Shown one piece after another: positions 12,203 through 23,278 of a stretch of DNA of 64,000 bases. Made by a program: the position numbers and the translations under genes. Numbering within the stretch: the first letter of the stretch is position 1; every line of letters begins with the position of its first letter. The notes under the pieces were generated by a model, which was not told where the DNA came from, did no database searches, and was given only the letters and a program-made list of their open reading frames with translations. Origin of the DNA: Vulcanimicrobiota bacterium (GTDB lineage: Bacteria; Vulcanimicrobiota; Vulcanimicrobiia; Vulcanimicrobiales; Vulcanimicrobiaceae); assembly GCA_963795855.1 (NCBI GenBank), contig CAWCIZ010000003.1, positions 896,001 through 960,000 of the forward strand. Reading direction: 5' to 3'.

Positions 12203-13456
12203 TTGTAGAGTGTTCCCGTAGCAATCTTGCTGCTTCCCAAATACACGATTTTCGCGATTGTGCCTAGAGGTTTGAGTTGGGCCGCACTCTGTGCCAGAAC
12301 TTCGGGCGTCAGCATCGCATTGACCTGGGGCGTGTACTGCGACCGATCCAACTTGCCTTGAAGCAACGACGAAAGCGCTTGCCGGAAGCGGCGGGTGATT
12401 GCGGAATCCTCGGCGCTTGCGGCGGTTGCCGGTGCAGCGAGGTCCGGAAAGAGCGTGCCGACGACGATGCGGTTTACGCGGTAAGTGCCGAAGTCGAAGG
12501 CATCGCTCAGCACCACCCACGCAACATGTTGCGCCGGAATCAATTCGGTTTCGGTTTCATAACCGGGCACGCCGCCGTGATGGCCCACAAGTTGCAGATT
12601 CTGCCAATGCACCATGTCTACACCCAGGCCCTGCATTCCATTTTGGCTCGAGAGCGGATTCGCTTGCATTTGTTCAAACGTTGCCGGCGTAAGCAGTTTG
12701 CCGTTCAGCAAAGCGATGTCGAAGCGTACGAGATCCGCGGCCGTCGATACGATGTCGCCGCAGCCGAAAAGCCACGTCGGATCGTACGCGGGAGCGCTCT
12801 TGCCGGTTGCGCTCATGTAGCCGGGAGCGACCGGAATACCGGCGCCGGGATTTCCCATTGTCGTCTGCGTCATGCCGGCGGGCTCGAAGATGTACCGGCG
12901 GTCGTACTGCGCGAGCGGTTCGCCGCTGACGCGTTCGACAATCAGGCCCAGAACGACGTAGCCGGTGTTGCTATAGGCCCATTTCGTTCCCGGCGCCGAC
13001 GTCAGCGGACGCTTTGCCGCCATTGCGAGGATGGCTTGCGGCGTGGTCGGGCGGGACACGATGCCGTTCTGGAACGCATAGTCGGCGTAGTTCCACAAGC
13101 CCGATGTGTGCCGCAAAAGTTCGCGCACCGTGATCAGTTTCGCATACGGCGCGTTTGAAAGGTACGTTGCGACCGGCGCATCGAGGGCGATGCGATGCTG
13201 CTGCACGAGTTGCATGATCGCAACCGCGGTGAACATCTTTGTGATGGAAGCAATGGGAAACCGCGTGTCGGCGGAAGCTTCGCCGAAGCTGACGATCGTA
13301 CACGATGCGCCCGTCGCGCGAGACCGCGACCTGCAGGGCTCTGGTCTGAAGCGGCTGATTCCCGACCAGGTGCACCAGCTGCGCATCCAGCGATGTACTC
13401 GACGGCGCCGGCGACGCGGCCGAAACCGCCGCTGCAAGTAAGAGTCCGTGGATCAT
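12109..13456 (-). CDS. serine hydrolase, beta-lactamase class C/S12 family (frameshift near 13292)
   Basis: Signal peptide in ORF ending 13456; SITK, HTSG, YSN and HHGG motifs in ORF 12109..13437. Confidence 0.85.
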
Positions 13457-13474
13457 CCAGCCTAAACGCCTTTT

Positions 13475-15471
13475 CTAACCGCGCACCGGCAAAGCCGTCG
13501 GCTTCGGATGGGGCCGAGATTTCTCAACCGGGCGCAATGCAGGCTTTGCTACCGTAGCAGCTTTCGGCGCGGGCCTAGCGACGGGTGCAGCGGGATGCAC
13601 GACCGGTTTCGCGAGCGGTGCAACGGGATGCACGACGGGTTTCGCGAGCGGTGCAACGTGATGCACGACCGGTTTCGCGAGCGGTGCAACGTGATGCACG
13701 ACCGGCTTCGCGAGCGGTGCGACGTGATGCACGACCGGCTTCGCGAGCGGTGCAACGTGATGCACGACCGGTTTCGCGAGCGGTGCATTGCGATGCACGA
13801 CCGGCTTTGCAACAGATGCATTGCGATGCACGACCGGCTTTGCAACAGATGCATTGCGATGCACGACCGGTTTAATCGCTGTTATGTGGATCGGTGCGCG
13901 TTTCACGGCGCGATAAACCGGGTGCGCGGCGGGCGCGCGACGCGCTGGGAGGGAAACGATCTTGGGACGTACGCGGGCGATCGATCGGATTTGGGTCTGT
14001 TGCTTCTGGAACGAAATACGTCTGACGTCAGGCGCCTTTGCTGCCAACCGAGGTGCAGCAAACGTACGGGAAAGCACGATAGGATGCCTTACGGCTCTCG
14101 CCGATACGTAATGCAGATTTGCCGAAGTCGGAACAACCGGAACCGAGCCGCGAAGGAGTACGATTCGCCTGGCCTGTTGTGGACGCAGAACGACGCGACG
14201 CCTGAAACTGCCGCTGCGCCACGCGCTCAGCGGAACCATAGTTGCGCCGCCGTAATACCGAGCGTTCGTGTAGTAGTTGTAAACGTTCGTGATGTTCGTG
14301 GCGCCTGACAGGCCGGTCGGCGGATACGAATAGTTCTGCCCGTACCAAGGCTGATATTGCTCGCCCGGTGCAAGCGGAATCCAACCGATGTCGGCATTGC
14401 TCGAATTGCCGAGAAAACCGCTCAGGCCCCCCAAAAGATTTCCGACATTGCCTAAAGAACCGCCGTTGCCGCCGCTCAAGAAAAATGAAACGACCGCGGG
14501 CAGCCACGCCGAGGCGAGGCTCGCCGATGAGTTCTGATATTGATATGCCGGAGGCTGCCAGAGCCACCCGCCATAGTTTGAATTATTGAACCACGAGCCG
14601 TAGTGCGAGGTCGTATAGCCGTAGGGAGCGTTATCGACCCACGTGTAGCCGTATCCCGGTTCCCACACCCATTGCCCGTTCTGATACGGTGCGAAGTTCG
14701 TTTGGCTTTGATTATTCGGAGCCCACGCGTATCCGTATCCCGGCACGTTTTGCCACTGTCCGTAATTTGCTAGGTTTGCGTAACCGGCAAGCTGCGGCGA
14801 GATATACGGATTTGCGTTATAAGCTGAGACCGTCGCTTGATCCCGCGAGATATTGAATTGATCGAACGAATCCATTCCAATCGCGTTTTGCAGCCCGACC
14901 GAAGAACCGTTCGCCACCAGCGTGCTGCCGGGTGTGAGCGTCTGCGAACCGTTGGCAGTAGCGATTGTCGCTGCTCCGCTGCGTACGGTTACGAGTGTCT
15001 CGCCGTTACTCAGTACCGTAATGCGGTAGTCGCCGCTTTGATTCGGCCGAACGGATAACGCGGGCGTATCGATTTGGGGATTGCCGTCCGCACCTTGCAG
15101 TTCCGCAAGATCGACGGTGCCCGCCGCGCAGCTGCGCCTCGCGCGAACTCGGGATTGAGGTTGATGAGCCGGACTTGCGTGTTGTTCGCTAGCCGCAGCA
15201 TCGAGATGCCGTCGAATTGCACCTCTGCATCGGAACCCGGCCCTGTAGCGATGTAATCGCCCGGAACCAGGACCGCGTTCGTTGCAGCGGCCACTTGCGC
15301 ACCGCTGTCGCCGCGAATGATGACGACGTTGCCGGAGGCGAGGCTCACGCTCGCTACACCGGGAGCACCCGAACTAAACGTTTGCGCGCTTGCCGGCATT
15401 GCGTCGCCCAAGATGCCGGCCAACGCCACGCCCGCCACCGATACGGAGAGAATCTTTTGAAACGATTGCAT
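13475..15471 (-). CDS. secreted FecR-like + DUF6600-like protein with Pro/His/Val-rich tail (indels near 15130-15150)
   Basis: N-terminal GDYIATGPGSDAEVQFDG..LRL (FecR-like); aromatic YG.W/APY..G.W/HYGSW repeats and WIPLAPGE; repetitive C-terminus. Confidence 0.75.
13577..13873. repeat. 33-bp coding tandem repeat, about 9 units (KPVVHHVAPLA)
   Basis: Unit gatgcacgaccggtttcgcgagcggtgcaacgt repeated head to tail with small variations and no spacers. Confidence 0.95.
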
Positions 15472-15492
15472 TGTGGTTGCCCTCGATGAGGC

Positions 15493-15518
15493 AACGCGAA
15501 ACGCCGCTCAGGCGTTCC
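15493..15518 (-). promoter_or_regulatory. possible ECF-type promoter GGAAC-N17-CGTT
   Basis: Minus strand ggaac gcctgagcggcgtttcg cgtt, about 20 nt upstream of the 15471 ATG. Confidence 0.3.
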
Positions 15519-15554
15519 GCGCAACGCAAGAGGACCACACGATCCCTTGGTTCG

Positions 15555-16418
15555 TCAACTCAAATAAGCGTGAAACCACGCGAGCGTGCGGCGCCAGGCG
15601 TTGGACGCCGCGCTTGCAACGTACGATTCCCGTGTATCGTCGAAGAAAGCGTGACCCGCTTCGTCGTAGATTTTCAAGTCGTGCGGCGGCGTTACATGCG
15701 AGAAAAAAGCCGTCACGTCGCGCGGAGAAATCGAAGTGTCGCGTGCGCCGTAACTGCCCAGCAGCGGCGTCTTGATTGCATTCGCTTGGTCGAGGATAGG
15801 CTCGACTGCGCCGTAAAATGGCGCGGCTGCTGCGAAAATGCTCGTTGCGACGACTTCTTTGAGCACGATGCCGCCGCCCATGCAAAACCCGGTAATGCCG
15901 ATTTTTGCCTTGAATGATTGCGCGGCGATCCAATCGTGCGCGGCGGCGACATCGGTCGGCACGAATCCCTGCTCGTTCATCTGTTGCGCGAGCGGACGAA
16001 ACGCCGAGATATCGGTTGCGCCGTCACCGTTCGCGGGGTTGAGACGGCTGTACAATGCCGGCGCAATCGCGATGTAACCCGCCTTCGCGAAGCGGCGCAC
16101 GACGTCGCGCAGTTGCGAGTCGACGCCCCAAATCGCTTGAATTACGACGACGCCGGGGTTTGCGGCATGCTTCGAACGGGGCTCCGCGGCGTAGGCCTGG
16201 ATCGGTCCGCCCGCAGCTGGATGCAACTGCGGGCGCGACGCGGAGATATCTGGATCGTCTTCGGGCACGACCGGCGGATGCGGTTTGCCGTACTCCTGAC
16301 CTTGCGCGAGTGCGGGATGGCCAAGCCCCGCAGCCAGCGCCGACGCGGCAACCGCGAATCCGCGCCGCGAGATCGCGGCTGCAGTGGAACGTTGCGGGTC
16401 GACGACAGGGTCACTCAT
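15555..16418 (-). CDS. dienelactone hydrolase family protein, Tat signal
   Basis: SRRGF twin-arginine motif; GFCMGG nucleophile; AGHAF catalytic His. Confidence 0.9.
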   Translation of the reverse strand: MSDPVVDPQRSTAAAISRRGFAVAASALAAGLGHPALAQGQEYGKPHPPVVPEDDPDISASRPQLHPAAGGPIQAYAAEPRSKHAANPGVVVIQAIWGVDSQLRDVVRRFAKAGYIAIAPALYSRLNPANGDGATDISAFRPLAQQMNEQGFVPTDVAAAHDWIAAQSFKAKIGITGFCMGGGIVLKEVVATSIFAAAAPFYGAVEPILDQANAIKTPLLGSYGARDTSISPRDVTAFFSHVTPPHDLKIYDEAGHAFFDDTRESYVASAASNAWRRTLAWFHAYLS

Positions 16419-16442
16419 TGCCAACCCTATTGCGCCGTCGCC

Positions 16443-18567
16443 TTACGTCCCCTTCTCGCCGCCTGCGTAGAAGATGATCTTGAAAATCGCTTGGGGGACG
16501 GTAATGAGCGTATTCGGGTCGCCGTAGGCGAAATAGAACTCTTCCTGCCTCAGGCGCAAGTGATAGGCGACTGAGATATTCGAGCAGACGCCCTCGCAAT
16601 TGCCGCCGCCGTTGGGCTGAGGCGGGAAGCCGATGACGCGGCGCAGACCGACCGCGAACGACGAGTTCGGCCCGAGCTGATACGCGTATGAAGCGCCGTC
16701 GAACCATTGAATATTCGATGCCGCGCCCGGAAAATACTGAGCGGTGTCGTCCAGCGTCAGGGTTACGTAGCCCCGTTCTCCCAGGCGCATAGTTGAACTG
16801 CGGAACCAGGTATCCAAACGGCCCGCGCCATAGCGCCCGGTATTGAAGGCAATCGTTGTGGGCGTAGACGACGATCCGTGCGTCGGGAAGTTGTTGATGT
16901 TATTCTGCATGCCGCTGTGGTAAGTGATCGATGCGCCGGCATTTTGCGAAATCGGTGTGACCACGCCGTCGAACGGCGATCCCGCTGTTATTCCGGAGCT
17001 GGGGAGGCGCGAACTAAAGAGCCAGTAATTCGATCCGGTCGAGAGTTGCACGTCGATCGTGCTCTTCGTGAGAAAATCGATCAGAGCGAAGTTGTCGCTT
17101 TGGCCGATTCCGCCCGGAATACCGTTGTACGTGGTGCTCTTGTAGCGGTCGACCTCGCCGTCAATGCCGACCGACGAGAGGAAATCGTTCGGCGAGAACG
17201 TCCAGATCCGCGCTGAATAAACGGCGTATCCGGCAATTCCCGGATGCGAATTGAATCCGTCTACGGGATTGAACAGAGCGCCGGTTTTCCGCACCGATCC
17301 GTAGAGCGCGAAATGCTGGTTCGACCATCCGCCGCCGGCGTCGATCCACCCGGCTTCAGCCCCGTCAGTAACGGCCGTTCCGGATTCGCGCGCATAATTT
17401 GCGTACAAAGAAAGGTGCTTGCCGTTGTACCAGCTCACGCCTATTTGATTCGAGTCATCGACTAACCCGGGCAGATTGGCGCTCACGTGCTGCAGCGAAC
17501 CTCTCCAATGATTGTCCGTCGAGGTATAGTCGATCGCACTCGCCGCATCGCTACGTCCCACGCGGATCGCGTCGAACGCCGCAAACCCGAAATTACCGTT
17601 GCGGCCTTCAAAGGCATAGCCTTCGCGGGGCGTCGGAATTGCGGGCGTGTAGAGCGTCGTTCGGAAGCCATTGCAAACGTCGCAGTCGAAATTGCCGTAA
17701 TACGCGCTGGCTTGCGTAAAGAACGGCCGCACCTCGCTAAAGATGCGCTGATATACTGTGGGCGAAATTGACTGCTGGTCGAGTTCGACGTTGGAATAAT
17801 CGGGATGGAACGTTCCAAAAAATGCGGCGGTCTGCGTCACGGGAATCGAAAAATCGAGCCCCGTGCGTGAGGTAGAACCGCCGATGGAGGGCGCGCCCGC
17901 AATGCCGAGCGCGTACGGTGCGATGCGCGGTTTCGGAACGGGCGCACGTGCCACGACCGGAACGGAAACCGAGGCAGCTCGCGCCGCATCGTCGGGGTTC
18001 GTTTGCGCGCCGTCGTACGACCACACGTTGAGTTCGCCGGTGGAGCGCACATAGCGCACGAACTGCATGCGCCACGTCCCGGCGTGCGCTCCGTGAACGA
18101 CGCTCATCGGAATCGCCATCGTCACCGTGTAGCCGGCGCCTTCAATCGCGCCGCTCGACCGCCAGTCTGGTGCAAAGGCGGAATTTTCGGAAGACGCTTC
18201 GTTGTGTGCGCCGATCGGGTTGGATTCGAACTCGTACTGAAATCCGCCCGGACCGGTTGGCCAAAGATCCACCCAGACGGCGTCGTCGGGCCAAGCGATT
18301 CCCCCGTTGATGTTGCTGCCGCCTGCGACCAAGTCGTTGCTGTGCTGTGAGGCGATTACCGGCTCGTGCTGCACCGCATCGAACCGAACGTAAAGGTACT
18401 TTCCGTCGGTCGTAATGTGAACGGTCGTGGGGTCCGTCGCCGCATGCGCCGTGGGCGACGTCCCATTGCAGGGTTATAGGCGCAGTCTGGGTCCAGGCTG
18501 TGGAGGCAGTCGTCGGGGCAAGCGGCGGCGCCGCCTGAACCATGGGAACGCTCAGATTGGCAAGCAT
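16443..18567 (-). CDS. CBM9-like/DUF5916-like outer-membrane-type protein (frameshift near 18450)
   Basis: TDGKYLYVRFDA, DDAVWVDL, GYTVTMAIP, TFHPDYSNVELD and EVRPFF motifs; beta-strand-rich C-terminus. Confidence 0.7.
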
Positions 18568-18591
18568 AGGTATCTCCTAATTCCTTAAGAG

Positions 18592-18620
18592 ATACTAGCA
18601 GCGGCCTGAGATTGTGTCAA
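18592..18620 (-). promoter_or_regulatory. sigma70 promoter TTGACA-N17-TAGTAT with extended -10 TG
   Basis: Perfect -35, 17-bp spacer, TGnTAGTAT, AT-rich upstream tract; SD AGGAGA before ATG 18567. Confidence 0.75.
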
Positions 18621-18680
18621 CTAATATTTTAGTTTAAGGGCGGTCCCGGCGGCAGCGCCGCCTCCTGCAGCCCCAAATAG

Positions 18681-18707
18681 AAAGGTACGCGGAATACGCG
18701 TACCTTT
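18681..18707 (-). terminator. intrinsic terminator hairpin
   Basis: Perfect 11-bp inverted repeat aaaggtacgcg/cgcgtaccttt with 5-nt loop at the stop of 18706..19200, T-rich on the minus strand. Confidence 0.6.
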
Positions 18708-19200
18708 ATGCTAGCCTGCTGCGGCGACAGGCGGCTTTGAAGTCGGGTTTGGTTGCCGACATCGTGTTGTATCCCGTGTACGTAAACATGTTGTTGTTGT
18801 TGCGCACGGTTTGGCCGTGACCCAGTTTGCCGCTTGAAACCCACATGTCACGAGAAGTTTCAACGTTGCCGCTCATCGTCCACATGCCGGTAAACGACGA
18901 CGGATCGTTCGAAACGCCCGCCGAGATGTAGCGATTGTTCTTGCCGTCATACGTCGTAGAAGTCGTACTCACGTACGCCGTTTTCATACTCCCTTGCTTC
19001 GGCGCCTGAATCGTTTGATGCAGAACTCCAGAATCAAACGTGTACGTAATCGTTGCCTTCTGGTTTTGGTGTCCCGGCGGCCCGCCCGTACACGACCACG
19101 TGCCGACGTAGTATTGCAGAGCGGAGGTTCCGGAGCTTGACTGCGCCGCCGCCGGAACTGCGGCGATGGCGAAAAGTGCAAGAAACGCCAGAGTTTTCAT
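18706..19200 (-). CDS. secreted hypothetical protein (beta-barrel/DUF1579-like)
   Basis: Signal peptide MKTLAFLALFAIAAVPAAA; LQYYVGTWSC motif; terminal Cys. Confidence 0.75.
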   Translation of the reverse strand: MKTLAFLALFAIAAVPAAAQSSSGTSALQYYVGTWSCTGGPPGHQNQKATITYTFDSGVLHQTIQAPKQGSMKTAYVSTTSTTYDGKNNRYISAGVSNDPSSFTGMWTMSGNVETSRDMWVSSGKLGHGQTVRNNNNMFTYTGYNTMSATKPDFKAACRRSRLA

Positions 19201-19485
19201 TCGAAATCCCTACCTTTCCGACTTGCACGTTCGGCGGTTGTCAGCCGCTTCCGCCGTGACATTCGGACCTGCAATTTGTGGCAGCCGGGCGAGCGTGGGC
19301 ACGCCACCGCACGTTCGCAGTTACTTTCAGCGCGCACGTTGCAAGGGCGCAGGCGCCGCACTATCGCGTTCAAGCAATTGCCGCGGCCAATCTTCTGTGT
19401 GCGTATGCCGTGAACACGCTAGCGCCCGTTCTTCAGACTTTTTTTAGGCATCTCGCCGAAAGTTGAGTTCGAGGAGGCCGATCCA

Positions 19486-19629
19486 ATGACTGAGTGCGAT
19501 ATATTGAAAATTAGTCAACGGCTTTGCGAGCGCGGGTTTCTGAGGTGCGTCGGAATCGACGACGGGCTGCCAAGATACGAGCTCACGATAGCCGGACGCC
19601 TCGCACTGCTGCGCTCCGCCGGAGGCTAA
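19486..19629 (+). CDS. 47-aa small protein, winged-helix-like
   Basis: SD GAGGAGG 8 nt upstream; MTECDILKISQRLCERGFLRCVGIDDGLPRYELTIAGRLALLRSAGG; below the ORF-track cutoff. Confidence 0.55.
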   Translation: MTECDILKISQRLCERGFLRCVGIDDGLPRYELTIAGRLALLRSAGG

Positions 19630-20081
19630 AGACGCAAACGGCGTCTGGCTGAGAACATCGCGCCGAGTGCCGGTTGAATCGGTGCGAAAGCGGAGAGACC
19701 AATGTTTTTGTGGACGTCGTCGTAAATCGCTTCGATCCCGCCCCGCATGAAATACGTCTCGTGCCAGAATCCGGTACCGCCGGAATCCTTCACGAAGTTT
19801 TGCCACCAGATTTGGTGCGGTTCGCTTCGCGCCCATCGCTCCAACGAATCGAAATCGCGCCAATACTGGCGCATGCCGGCGTGCGGCGGAAAGAGCGAAA
19901 ACAAAAGGTTTTCGTGCAAAAGTAATCCGTTCGGCCTTTGCGCCACGCTGTTTTGAATCTTCGGGCCGAATCCGAAAAGCGTTTTCAAGCCCGCCCACGT
20001 GCGCACGCGCATTCCGAGATAGATCACTACGAGATCGGGATATGCCGATAGATCGACGGTCAAGCGTTGAACCGGTGGCAT
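19626..20081 (-). CDS. DUF4188 family (monooxygenase/aldoxime-dehydratase-like)
   Basis: LVVIYLGMRV, RQYWRDFDSLERWA..PH, GFWHETY, EAIY motifs. Confidence 0.8.
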   Translation of the reverse strand: MPPVQRLTVDLSAYPDLVVIYLGMRVRTWAGLKTLFGFGPKIQNSVAQRPNGLLLHENLLFSLFPPHAGMRQYWRDFDSLERWARSEPHQIWWQNFVKDSGGTGFWHETYFMRGGIEAIYDDVHKNIGLSAFAPIQPALGAMFSARRRLRL

Positions 20082-20093
20082 AGCATGCTCTCC

Positions 20094-22233
20094 TCATTGA
20101 CCTGGGTGGTACACGCGCTCGGTATGCCCGCGCAACTCGTCGGGATAAAAGTACACTTCGCGCAGGTTGCCGCTCGCATAACGCGCGGCTTCGTCATCGA
20201 AATGCGGCGAGTCCGGATGTCCGCTCTCGCCGCCGGCAGTGACCGCAACTGCGCGCACGCGTTTACCGAACTCGACGATCGCAACGAAACTATTCCCGTC
20301 GGTTCCGTACCAACGTTTGGTGTTGCGTCCGGCGCCGCGTAAAACGCGGCGAGCGAGCCCCAAGTTCCCGCAACGAACGGCACCGGAATGCTGGCTTTGC
20401 GATCGTCGAAGTGCGGCGTTATGCTGTCGTCGAGACGTTGAAAACGGTTGATCTTACCCCACCGCGTTTGCCACGTTCCGAAATCCGCGGTCAAGCGATC
20501 CACCGCCGCTGCAAGCGCCGCGAGTTTCGCGCTATCGGCCGTTGCAAGCAGTGCGGCGCGCTTGCTGGTGCCTGCGGCTTTCGCGAGCCGGTTCGCCCAA
20601 AAGATCGCGATCGAGGTCGCGACGGAGTCTGATCCCCAGCGATCGTTCCAATGGCGAAGTACGGCCATCGGGCCGCGCAGTTTTGTTTTGAGCGGATCGC
20701 TCGACGGGACTTTGTCATATGCCTGTGCGAGCGATGGGACGAGGACTGCGAACAGCGGCAAATGCGGATCGAATGCATCGCGGAGCAGCCGCTCGAGCGT
20801 AAATGCGCCTGCGTTTTCAAGCAGCATCCGCGCATGAATGCCGCGCTCGTTTTCGCCCGCCGTATCCATGTAGCGCGCGAACGCGCTTCGTTTCGGGCTG
20901 TCGGGCCCCGCAGCGGAGTATGGCCAGTCGTTCGAGTTGAAGACCCATCCCGTCGCGGGATTGAGTACGTGCGGGTCGGCGTCGAGCGGAAGCACCCCGT
21001 GCCAATCGGTAGCGGGGTTGGACCCGTCTACCGGCTTCGTATAATCGAAGCGATCGTCGCGCCGTGGAATGAACTGCGGATGCATGTACGCAATTTCGCC
21101 CTTGTCGTCCGCGAAGATCGTGTTGTTCGACGAATTCGCCTCGAGCTCCGCGATGCGCTTGTAGGATGCGAAATCCACGGCCTTCGTTCGCAAGTACGAT
21201 TGCTCGAGCGCGCGAATAGGCCGGAACATCAGCGCTTCCGCGATCCATTTTCCATTTTTTGCCGCAACGATAGGCCCGTGGTGCGTGCGATAGACGGTGA
21301 ACGCCTTCGACGCCATGCCGCTCGGTACGCGATACCGTATCGACACTGACGACACGGTAACCGATCGTAGATCCGTCCCGTAGCGGTAATACAATTTGCC
21401 GTTTTTACGGACGATCGTTTCGGCAAATTGATCGACCACGTCTGCGCCCGTCGACGTATGCATCCAGCCGATATGACGGTTGAAACCTTGATAGATGAAG
21501 AACTGGCCCCATGTGACTGCGCCGTATGCATCCAGCCCTTCGTCGCTGCTCATCTGCAGTTCCGAACGAAAGTAAAACGACGTGTGCGGATTGATCAGAA
21601 GCAGGGTGTGATGGTTCGCGGTCTTTGCCGGTGCGATGGCGATGCCGTTGGAGCCCTGCGCATCCGGAACCGGAGCATTGGGATTTTGCGAATGCGAGCG
21701 CATCCCGATGCCGGCGCCGCCGTAAAAGGCGCGTAAATCATCGAGCGATACGTCCTCGATATCTCCGCCGATGCTTCCTTCGGTGAAGCTGAGCGCCATC
21801 CAGGGTTTGAAATGCGTGATCACTCGCGGGTGAACCGACGGATGCGTTTGAAGATAATAATTCAGTCCGTCCGCCCACGAGTCCATGAGCCGGCGCAGCC
21901 AGAGCGGGCTTCGCGCGTAACGTGCCTGCAGATCCCGGGGATCGGTCCAAAGGCGCTGGCGCAGATCCTGAAAGATCGCCGATTGCGCCTTGCGCTTCCG
22001 CCATTCGACCGAGCGCGGTAAGGTAATTTGTTTCAACGCGGTTGAAGTCGTCCTCGGCCTGCGCGTACGCCATACCGAAGACGGCATCGGCGTCGGTACG
22101 CCCGTGTACGTGCGCGATACCCCACTCGTCGCGTACGATAGTTACACTGCGAGCTTGGACCGCCGGGTTCGACGGCGTTATCGCCGGGGGAGCAGCCAAG
22201 ACGGCTCGCAAGCAACAGCATCATCAAGCGCAT
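20094..22233 (-). CDS. penicillin acylase family Ntn-hydrolase (several indels)
   Basis: IVRDEWGIAHV, FGMAYAQAED, GSNGIAI (Ser nucleophile), LLINPH, GGESGHPDSPHFDD across four ORF pieces. Confidence 0.88.
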
Positions 22234-22335
22234 AGCGCACAGATTCGCGCCAGGCGCTCTATCTCAGCCTCTCGGGCCGGCATGCGCTCGTCACAGGCGC
22301 TGTTCGTACGTCGTTGCCTTAGCGAGGTAGCAGCG

Positions 22336-23076
22336 ATGAATACCAGCCTCGGACGCCATCTCTATGGCTTGGCGGCGATTACTTTGGGCATCTGCACGCT
22401 GATATGGCGCGATTTCATTTGGCAGATCGAACCGCCCGGGGCCTTTGTGCATGTCGGCGCCATCATCGATTGCGCCGGCGTAGTGCAGATCCTCGGCGGC
22501 ATCGCGATTCAATTTCGACGTAGCGCACGCGCCGGCGCGACCGGGCTCGGTATCGTCTACGCCATTTTCACGCTTCTGTGGCTGCCTTTGTGGATTCGTA
22601 AACCGCTTGTCTTCGACTATTTGGGAAATGCCTTCGAACAATTCGCGATGTGCACGGGAGCGCTTGTGGTTTACGGGGCAAAAGCTGCGCGCATCGGGTA
22701 CTACGGGTTCGGCGTCAGCGTCATTTCGTTCGCGGTTTATCAGGCTGTGCACCTCGACTTCACCGCCGAGCTCGTTCCAAAGTGGATTCCGCCCGGGCAA
22801 ATGTTCTGGGCGATTCTCACGACGATCGCATTCGCTTTGGCCGCAGTTGCCTTACTGACCGGTTTGGAGGCGTTGCTCGCCGCTCGCCTTACCACGCTGA
22901 TGCTCGCCATCTTCGGCGTGGCGATCTGGGTTCCGGCGACGGTGCTTCACCCGCGCAGCACGTCCGATTGGGCCGAACTCGGCATCAATTTCGGCATTTG
23001 CGGCGCGGCTTGGATCGTTGCGAACTATATCGCGCTGCGACGAAAAGCGCCCGCGCTCGGCGTCGCTCGTTCCTAA
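22336..23076 (+). CDS. DoxX-like multi-pass membrane protein
   Basis: Several TM helices; LVPKWIPPGQMFWA motif; SD GAGGT. Confidence 0.7.
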   Translation: MNTSLGRHLYGLAAITLGICTLIWRDFIWQIEPPGAFVHVGAIIDCAGVVQILGGIAIQFRRSARAGATGLGIVYAIFTLLWLPLWIRKPLVFDYLGNAFEQFAMCTGALVVYGAKAARIGYYGFGVSVISFAVYQAVHLDFTAELVPKWIPPGQMFWAILTTIAFALAAVALLTGLEALLAARLTTLMLAIFGVAIWVPATVLHPRSTSDWAELGINFGICGAAWIVANYIALRRKAPALGVARS

Positions 23077-23278
23077 GAGGCGTTGTTGGGCCGGTCGGTT
23101 GGCGGTGCCTGCGGGTTGAACGGTACGTGATAAGCTTGTGGGAGTTAAACGAAGCGTCGGACGCGAAACGCACCCATGCGGCCATTTTTTTGGCGCGTCA
23201 TGCTGCCGCACGTTTGAGCCAAAGGTCCATGCATAAATCCCACGCAAAACATCCGTATCAGACGGGGGACGTGCTTTC

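Noticed and set aside
13577..13873. 33-bp repeat array as a CRISPR
   Set aside because: Units are contiguous with no unique spacers, in frame within a CDS, and no cas genes are present
23077..23278. Small ORF or ncRNA in the gap before the DPP-IV gene
   Set aside because: No convincing SD/ORF combination or stable structure found by eye
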